From Halocafeteria seosinensis (Eukaryota): a stretch of 43,479 nt of DNA. Below the pieces are notes generated by a model. That model worked only from the letters and a program-made list of their open reading frames with translations, had not been told where the DNA came from and did not search any database. Below are positions 15,001 through 24,840 of the stretch, in pieces (the stretch's first letter is position 1; every line of letters begins with the position of its first letter). The DNA is taken from contig LVLI01000512.1 of the NCBI GenBank assembly GCA_001687465.1, positions 1-43,479 of the forward strand, written 5' to 3'. Made by a program: the position numbers and the translations under genes.

Positions 15001-16367
15001 CTCCATGGGACCTTTGAAGACTGATCCGAGCTTCGGTTTTATCGGCTTCGCCAGTCCGATAGATAATGACCGGATGAATTGTATGCTAATCCAATTTGAC
15101 AGTGAAAATAACCCAACAGGTGCAGGTGGATGGTACTTTGGATCAAGCAACGTCGTAAACTGCGAAGATGCTGATCCGATAGATGGTGCTGTGGTAGCTG
15201 GTATGTAACCCTGGCAAAGACTCTTCTAATTTAGCCATGCTCAGTTTCCCATGTGCTCTTCACTTCCAGAAAACGAAGAATGCGTGCTCGAGCTGGAGTA
15301 AGTCAAGAGAGGACTGTTGTGTAGGTGATGCTCGTTACATTTTCTTTGGCTGTCGTTTACAGAAAGAAATGGAAGGTTGTAGGAGGCGACGTTGACGAAA
15401 GATTCTGCTACTCTGTGGATGCTACCGCGAGAAACGGTTCTCTAGGCAGAGTCTGTAACATGGACACTAAGAATCATACGTGCACAATGAAAGAGATCCG
15501 GTAAGAGCAAAATATCTGAATTCCATAAGAGGATCCTGTCGTTTCTTTTACGTAAGCTAGTGACTTGCAGCTCCATGGGTCACCTGAAGACTGATCCTCG
15601 ATTTGGATACGTTGGATTTAGTAGTCCGATGGAGAATGACCAAACAATTTGTATACTTGTCCAATTTAACGCTGTAAACGAACCTACAGGAAGAGGTGGT
15701 ATCTACTTTGGACCGAGTAGCACCGTTGTATGTGCCGATGCCGACCCAATAGACGGAGCTGTTGTACAAAGTATGAAAGAACCTGACAGTACACTGTATG
15801 TCTGTGCTATTGCGTACTACGTTATCGACTGTTTGTTTCTCTCTGTTTTCACAGTAAATCATGAGTGCGTTCCGGATCTTCAGTAAGTAAACGGTGCCGC
15901 TGTTCAACAGGTCATCGGTATATAATTGTATCCACCCATTGTTTTGAGCAGGAGGAAATGGAAAATGGAGGGAACATTCGGCACCGGTAGTGAAGCCTTC
16001 TGCTACTCCATGGATGCTTCGAGTGCTGCCTCGGGGGAAGGACGTGTTTGTGGCCCAGATCCGAGCTGTAATTCATGCGAAACTGTCAGAATCTTGTATG
16101 TACTTACTATCGCAAGAGTAGTGCCTTGCGTTTATCAAAGGGTACTAGCGCATTGATGATACAGCGATTCTGGCCGTCTTCGAGCTGATTTTGATTTCGG
16201 ATATTTGGCATTTGCTGATCCGCAAAATAGGTCTCAGACAAAGTGCATGCTAATTCAATTGGACGGGCAAGATGAACCAACTGGAGACGGAGGCCTTCTC
16301 ACAGTCAACAGCGGGAGCGCCAGCTGTGCCGACGCAGATCCATCGTATGGTGCAGTGGTTACAACAG
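71..16367 (+). repeat. Tandem array of 28 ~585-bp three-exon units (coding parts conserved, introns diverged)
   Basis: Micro-exon A (..cag AAGGnGAnGAnTGy..|gt) recurs at ~71, 641, 1225, 1839, 2439, 3028, 3607, 4183, 4797, 5397, 5957, 6552, 7131, 7719, 8296, 8891, 9476, 10055, 10619, 11212, 11788, 12362, 12954, 13535, 14111, 14693, 15270, 15855, each followed by a TGGAA(A/G) exon B and a PRFG/PTG exon C. Confidence 0.92.
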
Positions 16368-16732
16368 GTGCGCAAATCTACGATATCTTGGTTAATAATG
16401 ATGTTTATATCCGTTCTGTTCTGGTTCCTGCAGCACAAGAAGACGGCGGCGACGAGGGACCCGATGGGGGAGATGAATCCTCGCGCGGCGGCGGTGACTC
16501 GTCAGGGGGAGCGGCTGCTGGAGGGGTGGCTGCCGTTGTTGTAGCTGTCGTAGGTGCAGCATTGTATAAGTATCGGGACCGTTTGGGAATAGGTGGAGGT
16601 GCGAGCGGCGCACAACCACCTAGGCTGGGTGGCGAGCACGGTTTATCAGCCGAGAATCCGCTTTACGCCAGTGGTGCGCATTCAGACACTGGAGAATCAC
16701 CCGGTACCAAGAACGGCAGTGAAGAGGCTTAA
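71..16732 (+). CDS. Giant multi-exon type I membrane protein (5' end outside window): 28 tandem ~123-aa six-Cys domains, acidic/Gly stalk, TM helix, cytoplasmic NPxY tail; >=85 exons, ~3500 aa in window
   Basis: Manual splicing at GT-AG gives recurring exon triplet: A (e.g. 71-98, EGKECILDL), B (174-311, KKWKVEG..FCYSVDA..GRVC..DASGSVC..VQI), C (382-575, G.L..DPRFG..SP.D..ICLLIQFD..NEPTG.GGF..ISC....GA.VVG) with phases 1/2/2 in every unit checked and no in-frame stop; last intron 16368-16433, terminal exon to TAA 16730-16732 encodes GGAAAGGVAAVVVAVVGAALYKYR (TM, ~16511-16567) and ENPLY (16652-16666). 1-70 is intron tail, so gene continues upstream. Confidence 0.88.
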
Positions 16733-17472
16733 GCGTGAGTTGCATTAAGTTCACTTCTTAGTTTTGTCGATTATGTACCTTTCTCTGTATCCCCCTTTTT
16801 GCAGGCGTAGATATGTGATGTCCTAAACCCGCACCACGACTTCCGGCAAAATACACATTGGGTACCAATTTCAAAAAATCCTATAAGAAATCTTGAACTT
16901 CATGGCATTAAGTACACATTCTGACTCTTGCTCTTTATACAGGCTTCAAAGAAATGATTCTCATGCTTCTATCCGAGAACACGTAGCATAGGTACATGTA
17001 TGTATGATCGCAAGTACATGTAGTGGTGTATTCAGCTGATAGATTATCAGACATAACACCCTTACGCAAATGAAGACGTGGGACCAATTTCAGTTACAAA
17101 GCTTCAGGAAGGAATTCTCACGATTTCGAATCCAATCACCCCGAAGTATATCCTGCATGCAAAATTAACCAACTAGCCGCACTACCACCAAACAACCTCA
17201 GCAGTGGATTACAAGAAAGAAAGAACAAAAAATCCGATCACAGTATCTCAACAATCGCAGAGGTTGTTTCGTGCGCACTTACTCTATTTACTCGGTACCA
17301 CCCGCTTCGCTTCTCAACTCCAAGTGAGTAAGTCGAGGCTCCAACGTCGGTTTGTGAAGTTAGTTTTCGGAGTCCATTCACCATGACATGAGCACTAGAA
17401 AAGGATCTGTTTGATTTGGAGTACATATTCGTGGATGAGATTTCCGATATTGGGTCTTGAGTACTGCAAAGA

Positions 17473-20098
17473 ATGCGTGTGGAAGAGGTTCTGGAGACTG
17501 CCGCGGGGAGCGAGGTCGCAGATTCCACTCTGCACCAAAGTGTTCATGCTCTCTTACGGGAGCACAGAGTGGACTCTGTCGACCATCTCACGTGTCAGTG
17601 TGAGAATCAGCACAGCCCGAATGGCGGGGTACGTCACTTACAACCAACATGACTAACGCTCCGCATGAAGTCGAAATCCTGCCCCCCCCCCCCTGGAAGT
17701 TCAGATGCACGAAATCTCCATACTGCATGGCGCCGTCTTGCGTGGTGTGAAAGGTCTAGTGAGGATGCTCATAAAGGAATTCAATGCCGATCCGAACCTC
17801 AAGACACGATGCATCGTAAGTGCAGAAAGTGGTTTGGAGTTCCCCTCTCACCTGCATCTGGAATTGGAAGCTGTGTCTTGTTTGCAGAGCAAGAAGACTC
17901 CAATACTCATTGCCTGTCAAGAAGGTGACTTGGAGATGGTGAAATTACTAGTTCAGGAGTGCAGTGCTGATCCCACTGTAACAGGCATGGTACGTGTCCT
18001 TGCCGCTAGTGACTGCTGTGGGCTGGAGCTGACGTCCGCCATGTGCACAGCTGGGGAGAACTCCATTGAATATTGCATGTGAGTATGGACATAGCGGTAT
18101 TGTTCGCATGCTAATCAATGAGTTTGGTATCAACCCTAATTCCCAAGATCGAGTACGTTTTCCTTGAGGTTACAACACATTTGGCCAGTTCAGTGAACAT
18201 CCCACTACTACACTACCGGTATTTTCACACAGGCTGGGAGAGCACCCCTACACGTGACTTCCGTATGCGGAAATATCGAGTTGGCCCGTCTCCTCATAGG
18301 AGAGTGCGGTGCTGACGTGGATGCCTTAACCGCAGATATGGTAGGGTAAAACTACCTCCACCTTCTACGGTTACGTTGACATCTTTCACTGAATTGTTCA
18401 GACCCCGAAAACACCGCTATACATAGCTTGCGAACACGGCCACCTGGATGTCGTACGGCTACTCTTGAATGAGTTTCATGCTGATCCGAACGTCAGAGAA
18501 GGAAATGTACGCTACTTAATGCGTGTGACTACACTGATATCAGTGGGATGCTCTTTGTATGCGGGCTCGCTGCAGACCTCCATGACTCCGCTGCAAATTG
18601 CTTGCAAGACGAAGAACTGGGAGCCTGCTAGAGTACTGGCCGAAGAATCCAATGCAGATCCGAACCTTAGTTGCAAGGTACGTGTTGACTACCTCAAGTG
18701 GGACATGCGTCTAGCTGAATTGCGTCGATCTGCAGCACCTGGAGACTCCACTACAGCTTGCTTGTGTCAGTGGTGAAGTAGCGACAGCTCGAGCACTGCT
18801 CAGACATGCAGAAGCTGATCCGAATATCAAAGACTTGGTAGGTCTCAAGAGATTAACCATAGGTAGTACAACGCGTGCGGCACTTCAATGGAAAGCACAG
18901 GCGCTAGGAGAAACACCACTTCACTCCGTTGCTTCGTGCCCCACGGAATTGCTTGACACCGCTCGTTTGCTGCTTGAAGAGTTCAGTGCGAACCCAGATT
19001 CCAGGGACCAAGGAGTAAGTTTTATATTCTCGAGGTTACAGGTATGAGTGTCGTTTCATGGTTAGGATTGCCCTGTGTTAATACCGTACACACAGGCGAA
19101 CAGGACACCGTTGCACTTAGCTTGCTACAACGGACATACCAATATTGTCCGCATGCTAGTAAAGCAATTCGACGCTGACCCTCATGTAATAGAACGACCG
19201 TTTGCGTTCATGGTGTGTTATCAACCGTGGACCTCCATGGTAGCAACTCCCGAAAAACCCATACTGAACGTTTCTGGTCTGTCGTACAGTCAGGAAAGAC
19301 TCCACTATTGATAGCTGCTGAAGAGGGACACGAAGATATCATTCGAATTTTAGTAGAAGAATGTGGTGCCGATCCATCCGGTCGGGCTTTAACCGAAGGC
19401 TCCTCAAATACAGCACTGCAAGTAAGTGGCGTCTGGGCAGCATACTTCGTTAACTCTTCATCATCTACTGATATCCATATGAGCAGGTAAGCGGAACTCC
19501 ACTCTATTGCGCTTGTGCAAGAGGGCATGTCCGCATAGTCCGACTCCTGTTGCAAGAGTATGGGGTCGACGCCAATCCTGCGCAAGAAGTCAGCCAGCAG
19601 TATTGTTTGATGCCCTCTTAATGCATGGAACCAGACTTGAACCGGTCATTACAGGACGAGGAGTCCCCCCTTCATGCTGCTTCCAGAGCGGGCCATCTTG
19701 AAGTAGTTCGGCTCTTACTTGCAGACGGCAAAGCAGACCCGAACCCTAAAGATCTCGTATGTGAATGCAAGAGCGTTTCCCCCGTAGTATCATAACCATA
19801 CAGAAAAATGGTGAATCTTCTAATTTTCGTGCAGGGTAAAATGACCCCTCTCCACTTCGCATGTTCTTACGGGCATGTTGAAATTGTCCGATTGCTGCTG
19901 GCTCAAGACCAGATGGATCCTTACTTCCAAGACAATGTATGCTGAGCAAGTACTAATTTCGTTGTAGTGATTGAATTGGAATTTACGCTTTTGTTATGTG
20001 TGCTCCAGGCCGGCCGAACTGCTTTGGCCTGCGCCAAAATGCATGAGGGAGTTTCTCGAGTACTGAGGGAAGAATTCGGACTCTCCGAACCCCTTTAG
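17473..20098 (+). CDS. Ankyrin-repeat protein, ~15 exons, 13 full repeats plus a degenerate capping repeat
   Basis: Phase-0 exons starting ~17705, 17888, 18051, 18233, 18402, 18576, 18736, 18901, 19096, 19290, 19487, 19655, 19835, 20009 each translate to one ankyrin repeat (e.g. GRTPLNIACEYGHSGIVRMLINEFGINPNSQD, TPLYIACEHGHLDVVRLLLNEFHADPN, GKMTPLHFACSYGHVEIVRLLL); stop TAG 20096-20098. Start (ATG 17473, exon to ~17628) is tentative. Confidence 0.85.
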
Positions 20099-21091
20099 CT
20101 AGATGCGTGATGGTGGCATAAGGTTGAACGGCTCGGAATCCAGAGAGAGTACTTGGATAACGGTGCCAGCTGGAGAGCCTAAGGACTACTTCTGAATAAT
20201 TGCTAACAATCAAGCATGAGGTTCGGGATGGAGAAATCTGCATTTGAAGCGCCATGATATACAACTACCAATCGCAGTTCGTTTTTGGCAGAAACATGAT
20301 AATTCTAATTGCCCCCGCACACTCAGTGCGAGTTATCTTTGAAGGGTTAAACTTAATGAAACCGGGGGCTGCAGGCATGGGAGGCTAAGATGTCTTGTCT
20401 TCCTGGGAATTCAGCAGATCAGTCAATCACGCTGAATATAAGAAACTCCCTCATCGGTTACTGTATACGATTGGCCGGGATAGCGTAGAGAACGACTTCG
20501 ATGAAACGAGTGGATGTAGTGGGTACAGACTAGACGGCATATTATACTCGCAGCAGAGGACGTAGAATACTCGCTTCATCTTGTGCGAGTTTAAGTTCTC
20601 TGAGATGAGAAGCAGTCTCTTTGCAGTTCTCGCTTCATTCGTGGCATTGCTAGCATCCTGCTTTTCTTACTCATGCAATTGAATATAGCGATCCATATAA
20701 AAAGTACAATTCATGACTCGTTGTGTATACGTCAGAGTCTTGTCGTCATCTTTCTCTTTTCCCAAGGCCATCTTGTCTTTATATCCTCAATCCCACAGGC
20801 CCGAGATCCTGAATTCACTCGCCCTCATTCGGGAATACACGATTACGAAGCTCTTCTACTTTCTTCTAGGTGAGATTTGGTGCTGTGTCTGCAATAAAGC
20901 CAATTGTACTGGGCCATTGCTGGTCATGGTCGTTACCGCGTTTGCTTGTTGGACTGCAAGTGCCTGTGTACTCCATGTTCCACAGCAGTCACACGGCTTT
21001 CCATCACAATTGTTTCCGGATGGTTATGAGAAACGTATATATGAATGTCCTCCGAGTCGCGCAGATGGGTGCGGACACAGCATTCTGAGGC

Positions 21092-23692
21092 ATGGTCACA
21101 AACGGAGTTGTACCCACGTTTTCCAGCCAGGTTGGATTCCTCGCCAGAAGATCGCAGGTGCGACTTGTTGGTTCACTTTGCGACGCTCAAGAAAACCACA
21201 CTATTAACCCAGTGTTAGGTTGGTTGTTAATGCCGTACAGTAGATGCCCCCCGGGGAATACAAGCACAAGAGAAATGGAACGGAAAACGCAGCGCCCGCT
21301 TCCGGAAGAGCAGGAGCAAGACCACCGTTCCGTCCCGGGACAAACGACTCCGGCTGTTGATGGTTCCTCGCCTCAAACAATTCGACGTAAGCCGCAAACA
21401 ATGTGGTTCAATTGTTATGGATTCACACCATGGAGGTACGTCTGTCCATGGTGGGAGCGGTCGGAATCGAGTGAAAACACCAAAAAACACAACGGTGGAA
21501 GTCAGCAACGACATCGACGACGGTGTTTGCTGGTGTGGGGAGCCATTTTGGCTTACCTGTTATACTGGATCGGGCTAACGCTGGAGTTGAGACCATGGAT
21601 GTATACGCATCGACGACTGGGGTACACCATGGATGAATTGGTGCACTGGGTGGGATTATACAAACCTTCGCAATCGGTGCAGAATTCACCGGATCCCTGG
21701 ATGATCACCGGCAACGTATCCCAAGTCCAGGAAGAGGATGTTGTTAAAAGTCGGACGTTTGTTGAGTTGTTGAATACGCGGATTGCCATGCGACGGGATG
21801 CGCTGGAAAAGCAAGTGAAGGACTCTCTTGATCAGCAACGAGCAATAGGCTCCTCTGCTTCCACAGGGACCAAGAAACGAGCCAAAGTAGTAGTGTTCGG
21901 CGCAAACGAGTTTATTGGGTATCACATTATTGAGAAACTAGCTCAGCTAAACAAGAGCGCTTCGAGCCAATATAAAGGGGGAATCGAAATTGTGGCATTC
22001 GCGTCAGCGACGCCTGAGTACACCAGGGAGACACCTATGAAGAACTATCGAGACTCACTTTTGTGGCAGAAACATCGAATTCGAACTCAAAAAATCCATA
22101 CGTGTAAAGTGGAAGTATATAAAAGTCTTTTATTCGGAAACGTTGAATCGGGTGGCCAAAAGGGCAATCCTCCGGAAATTGAAGGAGTTACGCATATTGT
22201 GCAGGCCGCTCTCACAGCTGAAAATACTGGTACCTTGAGTACCTGTCAGCTTACTTTCTTAAACGCCTTTGCAGAAACTGCAGAAGCCGTTTCGCCGCAA
22301 TCTACCCTAGCATCGTATATTAAAAATGTCCCGGTTATCCTGGACTTGTCACTGGATCCTCAGGGAACAGACTATAAGATGAAAAAGTTCCTGGCGAAGA
22401 TGAAGGCATCTTGGAGGCTGGCCGATTTATATAAGGAAACATATGGACTCAACTTCTTTCTGATTAATCCAGGACTGGTTATATTCGGGCAAGTAGATAG
22501 TTCAAATTCCCTGCTACGGCGTTTGTCACGGCTTGCATCTCTTGATAACCCTGCGAGTAGCGGCGATGACCCTCGCCCGATGAAGCAAGGTAGCGCTTTC
22601 AAGCAGGTTCTGGAAGTCACGTATGGTATAAGCCTTGTTCCTGTCAGTAAACTGGCAGAATCGTTAGCCAAGTGCATGCTGGGTCCTGGAAACGTAGGGC
22701 TGGCCGGAACTTTGGCATCATTCGGCAATGCCGACTCGAATGATAAGCTGATAAAAACGCTGAATACCAAGAATTTAGGGATGACGCTACTAGGCTTACT
22801 CACAAACCATCAACGGGTACGTACGTCTACTACTGGTAAAGTAGACACAATGCTAAGACAGCAGTCCTCCCTTGGCGACGAATTTACTGCTCACCTCTCG
22901 GACTACGTTCGCTGGTTTTTGGAGCATACATATCCCGAAGGAATCATCATAACCTCATATTTTGCCATGACACCGCGGGCAAGGGGCCGGTCCAGACTTT
23001 CAGCATCCGGGGACGAGCAGTATATTGCTTCCTTGCGTAGCGCGGCCCACAAATTTAATCTAAAAGTATACGTATGGCACAACGGTTTGCTTCCAAAGTT
23101 TGTGCTCGATCAACAGACGGAAAGGTTTCAATTCCTACATACAGACTACATGGCTGATAGCGTACACAAGAAAACGGCGAAATATATCCCCATTTCACCG
23201 ACGGATCTCCGCTTCGTGTATTATCTCCGGCACATTGAGAGAATCAACTCCTCAATCCCGGCCGACTATCGCCCAACGTATGCGCTATTAACCGATATCG
23301 ATGACGTTCGTTTTCGAAAAGACCCATGGAAGTCAATTCGAAGCGGCAACGCTGACAGCTTGTTCATTGGTACCCAAAACAGAGATGCTTCGACCAATGA
23401 ATGGTTGCAACACAACATGAAGATTTGTGAGCTCACCGACGAGGATCGGGGAACGGCCAACTACGGGCACTTTCGCAAGCAGCATACGGCGACTTTGGAT
23501 GCTGGAATTATTGGTGGGAGACTTGGAACTATAAGCGGCTTTCTTAATCGACTACTGCACACGTTAGAGCGGTTCAATCCCTACGTGAGTTGTAATATGC
23601 CCGCTGTTAACCTTGTTGCCAAGCGATACTACCCAACCCGTCTATTTTACGCCAATGCCACTGCGAAGAAGGACATATACATTGTCCACTAG
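21092..23692 (+). CDS. Intronless type II membrane protein: degenerate NAD-dependent (UDP-glucuronate 4-epimerase-like) extended-SDR domain fused to a C-terminal DxD glycosyltransferase-like domain
   Basis: 866-aa open frame (true start may be ATG 21275); hydrophobic CLLVWGAILAYLLYWIGLTL anchor; Rossmann-like KVVVFGANEFIGYHI; LADLYKETYGLNFF resembling extended-SDR helix; C-terminal IIITSYF, YALLTDIDDVRFRKDPW, LDAGIIGG, CNMPAVN motifs. Confidence 0.7.
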   Translation: MVTNGVVPTFSSQVGFLARRSQVRLVGSLCDAQENHTINPVLGWLLMPYSRCPPGNTSTREMERKTQRPLPEEQEQDHRSVPGQTTPAVDGSSPQTIRRKPQTMWFNCYGFTPWRYVCPWWERSESSENTKKHNGGSQQRHRRRCLLVWGAILAYLLYWIGLTLELRPWMYTHRRLGYTMDELVHWVGLYKPSQSVQNSPDPWMITGNVSQVQEEDVVKSRTFVELLNTRIAMRRDALEKQVKDSLDQQRAIGSSASTGTKKRAKVVVFGANEFIGYHIIEKLAQLNKSASSQYKGGIEIVAFASATPEYTRETPMKNYRDSLLWQKHRIRTQKIHTCKVEVYKSLLFGNVESGGQKGNPPEIEGVTHIVQAALTAENTGTLSTCQLTFLNAFAETAEAVSPQSTLASYIKNVPVILDLSLDPQGTDYKMKKFLAKMKASWRLADLYKETYGLNFFLINPGLVIFGQVDSSNSLLRRLSRLASLDNPASSGDDPRPMKQGSAFKQVLEVTYGISLVPVSKLAESLAKCMLGPGNVGLAGTLASFGNADSNDKLIKTLNTKNLGMTLLGLLTNHQRVRTSTTGKVDTMLRQQSSLGDEFTAHLSDYVRWFLEHTYPEGIIITSYFAMTPRARGRSRLSASGDEQYIASLRSAAHKFNLKVYVWHNGLLPKFVLDQQTERFQFLHTDYMADSVHKKTAKYIPISPTDLRFVYYLRHIERINSSIPADYRPTYALLTDIDDVRFRKDPWKSIRSGNADSLFIGTQNRDASTNEWLQHNMKICELTDEDRGTANYGHFRKQHTATLDAGIIGGRLGTISGFLNRLLHTLERFNPYVSCNMPAVNLVAKRYYPTRLFYANATAKKDIYIVH

Positions 23693-24584
23693 TAAATGAC
23701 GACCAGCAGCTAGGACCTTGGACTTGTGGAGCTAGGTATGAGGTTCTAAAACCGAGGAGCTGTTTAAAGCTCAGATCGACTCCGTTCCTTTCTGATCTTG
23801 CTATCATGCTTTGGGACCGCAAAACGAATAGATATATCCTAGATATTCCAAATGAAAAGTTTGCAGAGCGAACGGAATGGAATTTAACCACCCTTGAACA
23901 TGGACGATGAACAGCGTGTTCACATGGTCTATCGTTTCGATGCCAGGAATGTCGCATGATGATTTGTTTTTCGTATGCGTAGTGGTATGTAATGCATTGC
24001 GTCGTGTATGTTCTCCAGGTTCCTCTCGTTTGGCTTGGCTAAGTGGATTCCTGGGACAGCGGTGGATTCCATAAAGGCAGAACTAAATCATTAGCTCAAC
24101 TGTGCACCAGGAGGCACGGAGGCAAGGGAACCAGCATTCTTCATTGCACTGCCCCAGTATGAGCACAAGTTATGAGAATGGAAGGCTGCTGAAGCAGCAA
24201 TGTCTGGGCAACTTCCTATGTAGTAATTCCCCATCTTCCCATCTGCGCCTGCTACAGTTGAACTTCGCTTGGAAAGCGCCTCGCTGACTTGTTTCGGATC
24301 TCGGTACTTTTGCTCCAGCATTTCGAAATGCTGACGGAAATCTCTCCGGAACCTCTTGACCTGCGCCGCCTAGCAGGGCGACGAGATGACTAGTGATTGG
24401 TATGTCCATCGAACACTTGCGAAGCTACCTACGACATGGCAGCATCACTAATAACAATGGATTGATGCAAATGGTCGCCTAATTTACTGAAATGCAGGCG
24501 CGCGAAGGGCTGCTATTTTCTTTAATCCAGTAGGGATTCATGTTGACGATGTCTGGGCAGTTTCCACTCTGGAAACTGCAAATT

Positions 24585-24840
24585 CCGCGGCGGCCTTACG
24601 TGTCATTTCGACATTGATTAGCATTAATGTAGGAGGGAATTATATCAGTAAATAGGAGCTCAGCACTTGCCTGACGCTTTGCGGGTCAATACTGCACGGA
24701 ATACGATTTATCTAGCCGGGAACTTCATTGGTGATATTGGTACGCAGCACTTAGTGGGTGCCGATACGACACTGGCTCGGATTGAGTTATCAGAAAACCG
24801 AAGTGGTGGTACTGATGCTCAACATTTGGCGGATGATCAA
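24585..24840 (+). pseudogene. Decayed fragment of the 28-aa LRR gene family
   Basis: Reads ALRVISTLISINVGGNYIS / frameshift / GAQHLPDALRVNTARNTIYLAGNFIGDIGTQHL..DTTLARIELSENRSGGTDAQHLADD, matching the AQHLADALRVNTTL repeat at 37.5-41.8 kb but with indels. Confidence 0.75.

Noticed and set aside
106..16156. Dozens of short ORFs in the track as separate small genes
   Set aside because: They are exons plus intron read-through of a single spliced gene; minus-strand ORFs are shadows.
17383..17460. Two in-frame TGA codons upstream of the ankyrin start suggesting recoding or selenocysteine
   Set aside because: No other gene here needs TGA readthrough, no SECIS recognised, ATG 17473 gives a normal start; more likely UTR or decayed sequence.
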